This document shows, one piece after another, positions 37,446-47,723 of a stretch of 64,000 nt of DNA. The number at the start of each line of letters is the position of its first letter. Positions within the stretch are counted from its first letter, which is position 1. This DNA is from an uncultured Verrucomicrobiae bacterium (GTDB taxonomy: Bacteria; Verrucomicrobiota; Verrucomicrobiia; Palsa-1439): assembly GCA_963842185.1 (NCBI GenBank), contig CAWJFL010000016.1, forward strand, positions 449,127-513,126, given 5' to 3'. A program made the translations under genes and the position numbers. The notes beneath the pieces were generated by a model. That model was given only the letters and a program-made list of their open reading frames with translations. It made no database searches and was not told the DNA's origin.

Positions 37446-39133
37446 TGGACCGAAAAACAATTCTGGTTGCGGTCGTTTGCGTCATCGCCCTCATCGCGTC
37501 GCAGGCGGTGATCAACAAGATGTATCCGCCGAAGCCGAAATCACTTCATCCATTGGCGGCGGCTGCAACGAACGCGACGAACGCTGTTCCGCCCCAGGCG
37601 CAAGCGCCTGCTCCCACTCCCGCGCCTGGCGGACAAGCCGTCGAATCGGCGCCGCCTGCGCCGGCCCCATCCGAACAGCCGCGGGTGCCCGAACAGATTG
37701 TCTCGTTGAGCAACGGGTTCGTTCGCGTGGATTTTACCAGTTGGGGTGGCGGCGTTCGCTCCGTCGAGTTGCTTCAACATAAGGGCAACAGCAACGAAGT
37801 CGAAATCCTGAACGGTCCGGGATTGGCGCCCGCATTATCGTTGGTCGGTGTGCCGGACGCGGGAAGCAACAGCGTATTTGCGGTCCAGGCTGTGGACGCG
37901 AACACCGTCCAGTTGCGCAGTGGCAATGGCATCGTCAAGACCGTTACCCTCAGCAACGACTACCTGATGGCGGTCAACATTCAAATGCCCGCGACGCTGG
38001 CGCCTTCCGGCGCGGTCGACGTGGTGATCGGCACGGCAACGCCCACGCAGTCCCGTGAGATCCCCAGCTATTTGGTAGTGGATTGGGAAGGTGAGTCGAA
38101 GTTTCGCAATCGCACCCTGTCGCGCGTGGCAGATCGGGTGAAAGCCGGCAAACCGCACGAGGACATCTCCGCCGGATGGATCGCGGTCAAGAGCCAGTAT
38201 TTTACGATGGTGTTGTCGCCCACGAGCAACGTGACCGGCGTGATATATGGGACGGTGGATCTGTCGCCGACGGGCCAGACGCCGGTCGTCCGTGGGTTGA
38301 CGGCCGCAGCCGACGTGCCTGTAATACGGGGGGCCGATGGCGGCGCCTCGTGCGCGTTCACCTGGTACGCCGGGCCGAAAGACTACAACCGCCTGGCAAC
38401 GTTGGGCAAACACCAGGAAGAGTTGATGGATTTCGGGACGCCGATGGATTTCTACTCGGGTCTGTTTGGGGTCATGCTGCTGCACAGCCTGAATTTCTTC
38501 TACGGACTTATCCCCAATTACGGGGTCGCCATTATCCTTGTGACCATCGCCTTGAAGATCATTTTCTGGCCGATCCAGGCGAAGAGCATCCAGTCGATGA
38601 AGGCGATGCAGAAATTCCAGCCGCTGATGACCAAGTTGCGGGAGAAATACAAGGACGACCCGCAGAAGCTCAACACGGAGATGATGAAGCTGTACAAGGA
38701 GCACAAAATCAACCCGTTTTCCGGCTGTCTGCCCATGCTGGTGCAATTGCCCGTGCTCATCGCGTTTTACCGCGTGTTGCTCAACGCCATCGCCCTGCGC
38801 GGCGCATCGTTCCTGTGGATCCACGATTTGTCGCAGCCGGACACCGTCGCCGTGATCGCGGGTCTGCCGATTAACCCACTGCCGCTGGCCATGACCGCCG
38901 GGACGTTTTTCCAGCAGAAATTGACGCCGACGGGCGGCGACCCGCAACAACAGAAGATGATGATGTTCATGCCGGTGATGATGTTGTTTTTCTTTTACAA
39001 ATTGGCGGCGGGTTTGACGCTGTATTACACGTTGCAGCAAGCGCTCTCCGTCCTGCAGCAATGGCGCGGTATGAAGCAACGGAAGGCTGACGCCGCCGCC
39101 GCGACCGCAATTCCGGCTGGTAAAGCCCGGTGA
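37442..39133 (+). CDS. yidC: Membrane protein insertase YidC
   Basis: 563 aa. N-terminal TM, a periplasmic domain, then a conserved core ([83 protein letters not shown]). Confidence 0.93.
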   Translation: MMDRKTILVAVVCVIALIASQAVINKMYPPKPKSLHPLAAAATNATNAVPPQAQAPAPTPAPGGQAVESAPPAPAPSEQPRVPEQIVSLSNGFVRVDFTSWGGGVRSVELLQHKGNSNEVEILNGPGLAPALSLVGVPDAGSNSVFAVQAVDANTVQLRSGNGIVKTVTLSNDYLMAVNIQMPATLAPSGAVDVVIGTATPTQSREIPSYLVVDWEGESKFRNRTLSRVADRVKAGKPHEDISAGWIAVKSQYFTMVLSPTSNVTGVIYGTVDLSPTGQTPVVRGLTAAADVPVIRGADGGASCAFTWYAGPKDYNRLATLGKHQEELMDFGTPMDFYSGLFGVMLLHSLNFFYGLIPNYGVAIILVTIALKIIFWPIQAKSIQSMKAMQKFQPLMTKLREKYKDDPQKLNTEMMKLYKEHKINPFSGCLPMLVQLPVLIAFYRVLLNAIALRGASFLWIHDLSQPDTVAVIAGLPINPLPLAMTAGTFFQQKLTPTGGDPQQQKMMMFMPVMMLFFFYKLAAGLTLYYTLQQALSVLQQWRGMKQRKADAAAATAIPAGKAR

Positions 39134-39227
39134 TTCTTGGTACAATGACGCATAACTTGGCATTCAACGGCGTCGTAGCTTTACCCAGGTGAGGAAGGCC
39201 GAACGCCCACAACACAGGAGCATAGTT

Positions 39228-39752
39228 ATGGAAACTGAAGCAACCACCCCTCTCGCTTCCCCTGTTCCCGTTGGTCCCGCGCTGGATCCCCGCGACACAT
39301 TGCAGAAAATGCTGGATGGCCTCGGCCTGCAGACCAAGGTCGAGGTGTTCAGCATGGATGGATCGACGCTGTTGCACATCGCGACCGTCGAACCCGGCCG
39401 CCTCATCGGCAAACACGGCCAGACCCTCAGCCAGTTGCAGTTTCTGCTCAACCGCATTCTGCAACGGGGCAATCCCGACACCCCGCGCGTGATCGTCGAT
39501 TGCGAACGCTACCGCGAACGCCAGCGCGACGACATCCTCAAGAAAGTCCTCGATGCTGCCGACAAGGTGCGCCGCTGGGGTGAGGCCGTGACGATCGGGC
39601 CGTTCAACGCGTTCGACCGCCGCGTGATTCACCAGCACATGGAGAGAGACCGCGAACTCGAAGCCGTCAGTGAAGGCGAAGGCGACGAAGCCGGTATGAA
39701 GAGGATGATCATCCGCGTCCGCCAAAGCCCGAGCACGCCCCAGGCGGCGTGA
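39228..39752 (+). CDS. Jag/KhpB RNA-binding protein (KH and R3H domains)
   Basis: The ATG at 39228 is preceded by AGGAG. It has a KH-like segment (EPGRLIGKHGQTLSQLQFLLNRI) and an R3H-like segment (PFNAFDRRVIHQHM). It follows yidC, the classic arrangement. Confidence 0.85.
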   Translation: METEATTPLASPVPVGPALDPRDTLQKMLDGLGLQTKVEVFSMDGSTLLHIATVEPGRLIGKHGQTLSQLQFLLNRILQRGNPDTPRVIVDCERYRERQRDDILKKVLDAADKVRRWGEAVTIGPFNAFDRRVIHQHMERDRELEAVSEGEGDEAGMKRMIIRVRQSPSTPQAA

Positions 39753-39763
39753 GCCGCTTGCGA

Positions 39764-41848
39764 TTACTTATACCTCAGCAACCGCATCGCATTCAGAATC
39801 ACGATCACGCTGCTGAACTGGTGGGCGATGGCACCGCCGATCATGTGGAGATGACCGCTGGACGCGAGGGTGACCATCGTAACGTTGTACACGAGCGCGA
39901 AGATCAGCCCCTGTTTGATGATCCACAACGTGTGACGGCTCAAGCCGACCGCGAACGCGATTTTCGAAAGATCGTCGGCCATGAGCGCGATGTCAGCGGC
40001 TTCGTGCGCCACGTCGGTGCCGCTCACGCCCATGGCGATGCCGACATCGGCCACGGCGAGCGCCGGCGCGTCGTTGATGCCGTCGCCGACCATGGCGACA
40101 CCGGTGCGGCCCGGCCGCTTCAACGATTCGATGTGCTCCGCTTTCTGTTCGGGAAGCACTTCGGCTTTTACTTCGTCGAGACCCAATTTGCCGGCAATCT
40201 GCATCGCGACGCGCTGGTTGTCGCCGGTGAGCATGACGACTTTTTCCACGCCAAGACCGCGCAGGTCGCGAATCGCCTCGTCGGCTTTGGCGCGGACGGT
40301 GTCGGACACGCAAATCGTGCCGCAGACCTTCCCGTCGTGCGCGACGACAACGGTCGTGTGACCTTCGTCGTGATGTTCGTCCATGTGCGCTTGCAGCGCA
40401 TCGCTCACGGCAACGGATTGATCGTCCATCAATCCCGTCTGGCCGACGACGAGCTTCTGGCCATCGCGCTCGGCGACGACGCCGCGACCGTGATGCGCGT
40501 GAAACTGGGACGGATCGGCCGTCGACAGGCCCAACGCGGCGGCCTTGCGCAGGATGGCGCGAGCGACGGGATGCGCGCTCATTTTCTCGGCGACAGCGGC
40601 AATGGCAACGAGTTCCCGTTCGCTATGTTCGTCAAACCGGCTGACGTGTGTGACCTCGGGCTCGCCATGGGTGAGCGTGCCGGTTTTGTCGAACACGATC
40701 GTGTGCAAGCGCGCCGTCGCTTCGAGGTATTGTCCGCCTTTGATCAGCACGCCGGCTCGCGCGGCGCGAGCAATGGCGGCCATCATGGCGGTCGGTGTGG
40801 CCAGGATCAAGGCGCACGGGCAGGCAACAATCAACACCGTAATCGCCCGCGCCATGTCGTGCGTGAACACAAAAACCAATACGGACAGTGCCAGCATCAC
40901 GGGCACGAGCCAGCCCGCCAGGCGGTCGAGCGTGCGTTGAATGGGCGCTTCGCGTTGCTGCGCTTGCTCAACCAGTTGCGCGATGCGCGCCAGGGTCGTG
41001 TCTTCGCCCACCCGTTGCGCTTCGACGATCAGCGCGCCCGTTTCCGCCAGCGTGCCGACGAACACCTCGTCGCCCTCGCTCTTGTCCACGGGCATGCTCT
41101 CGCCGGTCACGGGTGCCTGGTTTATCGACGCCATCCCGCTTTGCACCACGCCGTCCACGGGGACGCGTTCGCCGGCGCGAACAACCACGACGTCGCCAAC
41201 ATGCAATTCGGACGCGGCGACAAGTTCTTCCTTCCCGTCGCGGCGCACGCGGGCGTTGGGCGGCACCAGCGACAACAAACTCCCTAGTGAACGTCGGGCG
41301 CGGCGCACGGTGTATTCTTCGAGTTGCGCCCCGAGCAGCATAATGAAGGCGACCTCGCCTGCGGCCACGAATTCGCCCACGGACGACGCGGCGATGACAG
41401 CGATGGCCACGAGCACGTCGGCGTCGAGCCGTTTCGCGAACAGCGCCTTGATGGCGCGGAGACAAATCGGGTACGCGCCAAGAACCAACGCGACGATCAC
41501 CATCGCGGTCGAAATGGATGCCGGCACGAGATTCGTCGCGCCCAGGAGCCAGCCGATGAATAGCAATGCGCCGGTGCCGATGACTTTGATGAGTGCGAGG
41601 CGCGCCGCGCGGTTTTCTTCGGCGTCCCGGTCCTTCACGGGCAGGCGCGCGCTGTAGCCTGCGCGCTTGACGGCATCGATCAGTAAGCGCTCGGCGGTTT
41701 GGGCGTCTGACAGGTCAACCGAAGCGGTCTTGGAAACGAAATTGACGGACGCTTTTTCCACGCCGGGCACAGCGCCGAGCGCTTTCTCCACAGCCTTGGC
41801 GCAACTCGCGCACGACATCCCGTCGATTTGGAGTTTTGCGGTTTTCAC
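39764..41848 (-). CDS. Heavy-metal P1B-type ATPase (copper-type features)
   Basis: N-terminal HMA domain (GMSCASCAKAVEKAL), a TM CPC motif (IVACPCALILATP), DKTGTLT, GDGINDAPAL, plus YN and SS motifs in the last TMs. GTG start 27 nt after the ferritin-like gene. Confidence 0.92.
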   Translation of the reverse strand: MKTAKLQIDGMSCASCAKAVEKALGAVPGVEKASVNFVSKTASVDLSDAQTAERLLIDAVKRAGYSARLPVKDRDAEENRAARLALIKVIGTGALLFIGWLLGATNLVPASISTAMVIVALVLGAYPICLRAIKALFAKRLDADVLVAIAVIAASSVGEFVAAGEVAFIMLLGAQLEEYTVRRARRSLGSLLSLVPPNARVRRDGKEELVAASELHVGDVVVVRAGERVPVDGVVQSGMASINQAPVTGESMPVDKSEGDEVFVGTLAETGALIVEAQRVGEDTTLARIAQLVEQAQQREAPIQRTLDRLAGWLVPVMLALSVLVFVFTHDMARAITVLIVACPCALILATPTAMMAAIARAARAGVLIKGGQYLEATARLHTIVFDKTGTLTHGEPEVTHVSRFDEHSERELVAIAAVAEKMSAHPVARAILRKAAALGLSTADPSQFHAHHGRGVVAERDGQKLVVGQTGLMDDQSVAVSDALQAHMDEHHDEGHTTVVVAHDGKVCGTICVSDTVRAKADEAIRDLRGLGVEKVVMLTGDNQRVAMQIAGKLGLDEVKAEVLPEQKAEHIESLKRPGRTGVAMVGDGINDAPALAVADVGIAMGVSGTDVAHEAADIALMADDLSKIAFAVGLSRHTLWIIKQGLIFALVYNVTMVTLASSGHLHMIGGAIAHQFSSVIVILNAMRLLRYK

Positions 41849-41875
41849 GTTGTTTTGATGCGGTAAGCATAGTCC

Positions 41876-42688
41876 TCATTGCGGAGAAAGTCGAGGTGGG
41901 CACCGGATGGAATTGGTTGCGCACCTTACGTGGAGCGGTGCGGCGAGTGTCTGCTCGGCAGCGCCGCGAGCGAACGGGACACCGGAGAAGATGGCCTCCC
42001 GAGCGGCGCGGAAATTGGCCCAGGAATCCCGGAGAAACTCGGTGGCCGAACCACCCAGCGCGCGGAAGGCGTGACGGTGGTCCCAGGCCACGACCGCAGT
42101 GGCGGCCCCGAACATGGCCGACAACATCAGCCACCACAGGGTGCGAACCGGCCCCGCTTGCCGCGCGATCGTTTCATGGAAGCGCTCGCAGTGAAATCGC
42201 ACATGGAACTTTTCGTCGGCGAGGATTTGCTCGCAGACGATCTCGAGCACCGGCGCGCGGCATCCCTCGCGAATTGTGCCGTAGTATTTCAGGGCGATGA
42301 TCTCGGCCATCAGGAGGACGGAAATCTCCTCATAAAATCCCAGCAGATGACGGCATCGACGGAAGAGAGAGTCGGTCCAATGGTGGCGCAGGAGCGGGGC
42401 ATTCAATTGTTGGAGGACATTGGCCAGGAGGCGGGAATGTTCCTGTTCTTCGGCAATGAACAATTCGATGGCGTCCGCGAACGCGTGGTCGCCCGTCTTT
42501 TGGGCGAGCTGGCGGGCACGGGCTTTCAGGCGCGAGCCGTCGGAGGTTTCGCCCAACTGAAATCGGGCGAGGGAACGGGCCAGCGGGGCGCGCAGACGCA
42601 GGTCGAGCGAAATTCCTTCATGCCAGGCGATGCCGCGCCGGTCGAGTTGGTTTTGGCGGAAATAGGCGAGCCAATCGGACGAATTCAT
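41876..42688 (-). CDS. Ferritin-like / di-iron-type domain protein
   Basis: ATG is the complement of 42686-42688 within ORF 41876..42718. Helical protein with E..EEQEH and EKFH motifs suggesting a di-metal four-helix bundle. The family call is tentative. Confidence 0.5.
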   Translation of the reverse strand: MNSSDWLAYFRQNQLDRRGIAWHEGISLDLRLRAPLARSLARFQLGETSDGSRLKARARQLAQKTGDHAFADAIELFIAEEQEHSRLLANVLQQLNAPLLRHHWTDSLFRRCRHLLGFYEEISVLLMAEIIALKYYGTIREGCRAPVLEIVCEQILADEKFHVRFHCERFHETIARQAGPVRTLWWLMLSAMFGAATAVVAWDHRHAFRALGGSATEFLRDSWANFRAAREAIFSGVPFARGAAEQTLAAPLHVRCATNSIRCPPRLSPQ

Positions 42689-42702
42689 AGAGTGTTTCCC
42701 TT

Positions 42703-42720
42703 GTGCTTTGTACAGCAAAG
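42703..42720. promoter_or_regulatory. Palindromic leader or operator motif, site 1 (GTGCTTTGT-ACAG-CAAAG)
   Basis: CTTTG (42706-42710) is inverted to CAAAG (42716-42720). The 9-mer GTGCTTTGT is identical to site 2. It ends 15 nt upstream of the ferritin-like ATG. Confidence 0.45.
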
Positions 42721-42746
42721 TAGATACGCAAAAAAGTGTCCTCCCG

Positions 42747-43091
42747 TTAGTGGTGGCGATTCACGATGTGTGCGAGCCCTTCCAGGTACCGCGTGAAAGC
42801 AGCGCGGCCTGCAAGAGACAACGATACCAGGGTGGTGGGTTTGTTGGGGTTGCCGGTTTTGCGCAGGCGGATCAGGCCGGCATCGCCCAGCGCCCGCAGG
42901 TGCGCCGCCAGATTGCCGTCAGTGAGCCGCAGACTGTCGCGCAGTTCGATGAACGACAACGATTCGTTGGCGGCCAGCAGTGACACGATGGCCAGACGCG
43001 CCTTGGTGTGGATCGCCGGCTCCAGCTTTTCAAACGCCTCGCGGTCGGCTGCCAGCTTTATCGGGTTGAGTTTGGTGGATTTGTCAGTCAT
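42747..43091 (-). CDS. Winged-helix transcriptional regulator (HTH_34 / ArsR-like)
   Basis: IHTKARLAIVSLLAANESLSFIELRDSLRLTDGNLAAHLRALGDAGLIRLRKTG..LSLAGRAAFTRYLEGL shows the typical PF13601-type pattern. Confidence 0.8.
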   Translation of the reverse strand: MTDKSTKLNPIKLAADREAFEKLEPAIHTKARLAIVSLLAANESLSFIELRDSLRLTDGNLAAHLRALGDAGLIRLRKTGNPNKPTTLVSLSLAGRAAFTRYLEGLAHIVNRHH

Positions 43092-43113
43092 TGACGTGTC
43101 ACGTTACAGCGCC

Positions 43114-43759
43114 TCATTCGGTTGATTGCGAAACGGCCAGGTGTTCGATCTGCGCCCAGAACGCGCGGGCGCGCGATTCGCGCCGCTCGGCAATGAGCAC
43201 GGCGACTCCGAAGCCGATGTGGGTCGCTCCGAAACCGATGGCCATGGTCAAAATTGGGTGGGTGTGGGGAGCCAGCAGACCAACGGCACCGAGCGCGAAG
43301 CAGGTTCCACCCAGCCAGGCAATCGATCGCGGGGCAAAAAAGCTGGTGGCCAGCACACCACAGCCATACAACGTGAGCCAGAGCGCCGGGCAGTAAATCC
43401 GGGCGGCCGAAGCGCCAGATCAAAACGGTGATCATCAGCGCGGCGCCGAAAGCCGGGAACACGGCCAGCAAGACCGTGCGTGCCTGGCGCGACCAGACGG
43501 GTTCGCCCCGTTGACGGGCGCGTCCGAACGTGAGCAGCAGGTGGCCGGCAAAGGCGACGGCAAACACAGTGCTCCACACGACAGCGAAATTGGCGGGGAA
43601 TGCGAGAGGGAGAAGATTCAGACGCAGGACGACGCATCCGAGGATGGTCACGGCGCCGGCGACCAGACCCGAGTAACCCGAAATGTGCTCGTAGCGTTGA
43701 CTGCGTTCCATCAACGTGCGGATGGTTTCCAGCGTATGCTCGGCGTGTTCCAGTTGCAT
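43114..43759 (-). pseudogene. Polytopic membrane protein upstream of the wHTH regulator, with one extra base near 43377-43381
   Basis: ORF 43088..43759 is sensible up to LLPGALA. It then continues in the frame of ORF 43114..43371 (LTLYGCGVLATSFFAPRSIAWLGGTCFALGAVGLLAPH...). Total 646 nt = 3n+1. Confidence 0.55.
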
Positions 43760-43774
43760 GACGGACTATCCTTC

Positions 43775-43792
43775 GTGCTTTGTGACACAAAG
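43775..43792. promoter_or_regulatory. Palindromic leader or operator motif, site 2 (GTGCTTTGT-GACA-CAAAG)
   Basis: Perfect 7-1-7 inverted repeat CTTTGTG-a-CACAAAG (43778-43792). It ends 16 nt upstream of the ATG at 43759. Confidence 0.45.
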
Positions 43793-43918
43793 AACAAGGA
43801 GATTGTTCAAAATTCTGCTGCAGGGCGGTCAGAAATATAAAGGATTGAGAAGAACCCCGAAGAAATGTAAGAAGAGGCGGTAGTGCCTTATGGAAAACGC
43901 TTGGAGGAACATAGGGAC

Positions 43919-44809
43919 ATGAGAAAACTGTGGGGTACTTTGGCGTTGATGTTCGTAGTGGGATGCGCCGCGCCGGGGGCCAACAGAACCGTTCCCCTGA
44001 AGCCATCCGACGTAGTTGGAAGTTGGATTGGGTATAGTGAAAATTACCTCGATTTTTATCGAATCACCTTGGACCCTGATGGCACGGGCCTGTGTGTTGG
44101 GCTATACCTCATGGAGCTGTCGAGTGTTTACCGCATCAAGAAGTGGACACTGCAGAGCGATGGATCAGTTCCCTTGGAATTGGTTCCAAACGGAGGCGGG
44201 GCCGAGCCCATCCGGGTTGATGCGGCACTCAGGTGGGACTATTTGCGCCTTGCAGTAATGGGCAGGAGCGGCTGGACGAATCAAGCCGTACTTTACCGCG
44301 AAAAGCGTTTTCTTGATCGGGTGAATTTGTCAGCAGAAATTGCGCGAGACCCGACGAGATGGAACGTCAATCAGCAGATAGCGCTACCAGCGTCACCGCG
44401 ACAGTGGCAACTTTTCGTCTGGGTTGCCAAATCAGGGACCATTTTTTGGGTGAAGTTGGATGAGACCGGCGCGGGGAGCTATTGGGCGAGTGACAGGAAC
44501 TGCGAGACGTCAGAAGGGAAGATAAAGTCCACGGAGGTCGTATCCAGGCAGCTCTACGATTCAATTCTCAGTTGCTCTAAGAATTGTCGTCCCAAAGACG
44601 TTCCGACGGCTTCGGAGGAGCAAGAGGAAAAGACACCGTGTGAAGACCCCTCCTACCTGGTTACTCTTGATGTGCTCGTAGGAGAACAGCAACGTTCTTC
44701 TCACATCCCGCCTTTGAAGTCTCTCGACGAATGTGCTGGTCTGCGGCCAATAGTGGAGGAGTGTGCTGGTATGCTGCCAGAGGATACACGCAAGGGAATC
44801 GAGCGGTAA
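43919..44809 (+). CDS. Hypothetical lipoprotein
   Basis: ATG at 43919 within ORF 43883..44809. Signal peptide with lipobox VVGCAA. No family recognised. It lies in an islet that looks AT-richer by eye. Confidence 0.55.
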   Translation: MRKLWGTLALMFVVGCAAPGANRTVPLKPSDVVGSWIGYSENYLDFYRITLDPDGTGLCVGLYLMELSSVYRIKKWTLQSDGSVPLELVPNGGGAEPIRVDAALRWDYLRLAVMGRSGWTNQAVLYREKRFLDRVNLSAEIARDPTRWNVNQQIALPASPRQWQLFVWVAKSGTIFWVKLDETGAGSYWASDRNCETSEGKIKSTEVVSRQLYDSILSCSKNCRPKDVPTASEEQEEKTPCEDPSYLVTLDVLVGEQQRSSHIPPLKSLDECAGLRPIVEECAGMLPEDTRKGIER

Positions 44810-44982
44810 CCGGGAGCTGCACCTGCCAAACCTGCAAGTGCTCACTGCCGAAGCGGCGGTCAATAACTAAAAGGATTGAGAAAACCTTCGTAAATCCTCA
44901 GAAATCCGCTATTTCAGGGGGCGAGATTTGGCGGCGAGACGGCGGGCGGAAATAGCTTGGCTATATACGGCATAATCTTAGA

Positions 44983-45531
44983 ATGGCGGACAAGATGAAC
45001 TTTGACGGTTTGGTCTCTCTCATAAGGGCAAAAAAGGGCCTTGGTGAAGCAGAGGTTCCCGGCTTCGACCTTGAGAATGGCAACGAACATGCGAAATACT
45101 TGTTCTTGTTGGAGGCACCGGGGCCAATGGCTAAGCACAGCGGCAGGATCTCTTTTGAAAACGACGATCCCACTGCGAACAACCTTAAAAAGCAACTTAA
45201 GGCAGCCGGTATTGACCGTCGGGATATTGCCCTATGGAATGTCGTGCCGTGGTTCATAGGGAAGAAAGACGGCGAATCCATTCGACCTGCGACCGGTCAG
45301 GATGTGAAAGACGGGTGTAAATATCTGAAACCACTTGTCGATGCGATGCCGAACCTAAAATGTATCTTTCTCGTTGGGGGAGCCGCACGGAGGGCACACC
45401 TTGCCCTTTCAAGCATGACAACGGCGCGTATCGTATGCTGCCATCATACTTCAGGGAGGGCGATGAACCTGAATCGGGCAGCCAGGGAAGAAAACGTGAA
45501 AATCTTCCAGTTTGTCAAAAAGACAACGTAG
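44983..45531 (+). CDS. Uracil-DNA glycosylase superfamily protein (atypical family)
   Basis: 182 aa. The motif-A-like FLLEAPGP (compare GEAPG of family 4/5) and motif-B-like CCHHTSGRA (compare HPS) are at the expected spacing. No N-terminal Fe-S cysteine cluster. Confidence 0.65.
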   Translation: MADKMNFDGLVSLIRAKKGLGEAEVPGFDLENGNEHAKYLFLLEAPGPMAKHSGRISFENDDPTANNLKKQLKAAGIDRRDIALWNVVPWFIGKKDGESIRPATGQDVKDGCKYLKPLVDAMPNLKCIFLVGGAARRAHLALSSMTTARIVCCHHTSGRAMNLNRAAREENVKIFQFVKKTT

Positions 45532-45609
45532 CAAAGAAGCGATCATAAGTGAAATCTCCGAGGTAGAAATCCACCAAACATGCATGGACGCACTGGTGAG
45601 GCGGCGGCA

Positions 45610-46723
45610 TCACAGGGTCCGGCGGAACAGGAGCGTCGCGGCAGCCATCGTGAGGACGGCAAACCCCAGCAGATACGCGATGTCGGAGCTGACCGCCAGC
45701 AGCCCGGTGTTTTTCAGGATGAGTTCCTTGAAACCGTGGACGGCGTAGGTCATCGGATCAATCGTCGTAATCACTTTCATCCAGGCGGGGAACGACTGGG
45801 TCGGGTAGACCGCGCCGCTGGGGAAAAACAGGACGGTGTTCAGCACGCCGAAGATGGCCCGCGGCACCAGCGGATCGTTCACGCGCACCATCAGCAGAAA
45901 CATCATGCTGATCAACGCCAGGGCGGTCGCCATCACGACCACCAACATCCGCGCCAGCCGCGCGACGTTGAAGGGGTCGGGAATTCCGGCGATGAGTGAG
46001 CCGCAGGTCACGAGGACCAGCCCGGCGATGACGGCCTTGATCGCGCCCGAGAGATTGAACCCCATGATCAGTTCGAGCTTCCGAATGGGTGTGACCAAGA
46101 TAGCCTTCGTGCAGCCCGCGCGCCTTGTCGTCGATGTAGATGATGCCGCCGCCGATCATGGCGGACACGAAAATCGCCAGCACGATCGTGCCCGGCAACA
46201 GGTACTGAATGTACGGCACGTACGGATAGATCTCGACGATGGACAGTGTCGCGTCCGGGGTCAGGCGAGGCGGAATCGACTTCGAGTTGTACGGGACGAG
46301 CAATTGGTCGAGCGTTCCTTCCAGGGCCGACGCCGCAAACTGATCGGTGTTGTCCTCGACGAGCGCGATGCGCGGGGAAGCCCCCGCGAGCGCGTCACGC
46401 GAGAAATTCGGCGGAATGTTCAACACGCCGTTGATCCGGCCGTTGCGCAAATCTCGCAGGGCGGTCGCCTGGTCGGTATAGGGAACCGTGTCGAACGTGC
46501 GCGCGTTGGCGGCGACCGCCTGAAACATCTCCTTCAGTTTGATGGCGGGGACGCCGTGATCCTGGTCCACGACGCCGACCTTGAGGTTCTTGATCTTGCC
46601 GCCGAACGCGTAGCCCAGCACGACCAATTGCACCAGCGGCATGATCATCGAAACAATGATCAGCGTCGGGCTGCGCCGGAAGCGGCGCAGATCGCGTTCG
46701 ATGATGGCCCAGATTCGGTTCAT
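45610..46723 (-). pseudogene. ABC-2 type transporter permease with one extra base near 46096-46099
   Basis: Reads MNRIWAIIERDLRRFRRSPTLIIVSMIMPLVQLVVLGYAFGG...IYIDDKARGLHEGYL. It then continues in the frame of ORF 45610..46098 (VTPIRKLELIMGFNLSGAIKA...). Total 1114 nt = 3n+1. Confidence 0.8.
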
Positions 46724-46725
46724 GG

Positions 46726-47721
46726 TTACCTGCGCGGGATCATGAACGGGCTGTTGCTGGCGGTCGGCGTCTGCAGCGCGTCGCGCAACTGATGCCCGGT
46801 GTAGTGGACGAACACGTCGTCCAGCGTGGTGCTCTGCACGGAAAGCGAGGTCACGGCGACGCCCGGCCTTTCGCGCGGCTTCCATCAATTCGATCGTCGT
46901 GCGCGGGCCGTTGTTGGACGAGATGCGGAAGACATGATCATCGCTTTTCACTTCCGCCACTTCCGGCAACTGTTTCAGGGTGTTCTCCCAGCCCGACGGA
47001 ACGTCGGAAAAACTGACTTCCAGGATGTTTTTGCCCGGGAATCGAAGCCTTCAGTTTCAGCGGCGAATCGAGCGCGACCAGTTTCCCGTGGTCCACGATG
47101 GCGATGCGGTCGCACAGCTTGTCGGCTTCATCCATGTAATGGGTCGTGACGAGAATGGTCAGGTCGCGCTCGCTGCTTCAATCGGGCGAGCATTTCCCAG
47201 ACGGCGACGCGCGAGACCGGGTCGAGGCCGGTGGTCGGCTCGTCGAGGAAGAAAATCTTCGGCTCGTGCACGAGGCCGCGGGCGATTTCCAGCCGTCGCC
47301 GCATTCCGCCGGAGAACATTTTCACCGGTTTGTCGGCCCATTGTTCGAGGTCGACGGCTTTCAGCAGTTCCCGGATGGTGCGCCGGCGTTTGTCGCGCGG
47401 GAATGCTGTAGAGCTTGGCGAAGATGCTCATGTTTTCTTCCGCGCTCAAATCGAGGTCCGATGGTCATCGCCTGCGGGAATGACGCCGATGGACTGGCGC
47501 ACGCTGTTCGCGTCGCGGACGATGTCGAAACCGAAGATGCGCGCCGTGCCCGACGTGGGCGGCACGAGCGTCGTCAACATGCGGATGAGGGTGGACTTGC
47601 CCGCGCCGTTCGGGCCGAGCAGGCCGAAGATTTCGCCGTGCTCGACATTGAACGTGAGCGCGTCCACGGCGCAAAAATCGCCGAAACGCTTGGTCAAATT
47701 TTCCACTTCGACATCGAACAT
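46726..47721 (-). pseudogene. ABC transporter ATP-binding protein carrying five frameshifts
   Basis: The protein is reconstructed across 6 frame segments: MFDVEVENLTKRFG..GLLGPNGAGKSTLIRML / [17 protein letters not shown] / [49 protein letters not shown] / [37 protein letters not shown] / [30 protein letters not shown] / VAVTSLSVQSTTLDDVFVHYTG..*. The shifts lie near 47465, 47397, 47172, 47033 and 46861. Confidence 0.85.
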
Positions 47722-47723
47722 GG

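Noticed and set aside
43839-44883. AAAGGATTGAGAA 13-mers (43839-43851 and 44871-44883) read as att-type direct repeats delimiting a mobile element.
   Set aside because: Dozens of chance 13-mer matches are expected in a 64-kb window. Flanking similarity is only partial. They bracket just the lipoprotein gene, not the whole AT-richer islet. I keep them only as a weak shared-upstream-box idea.
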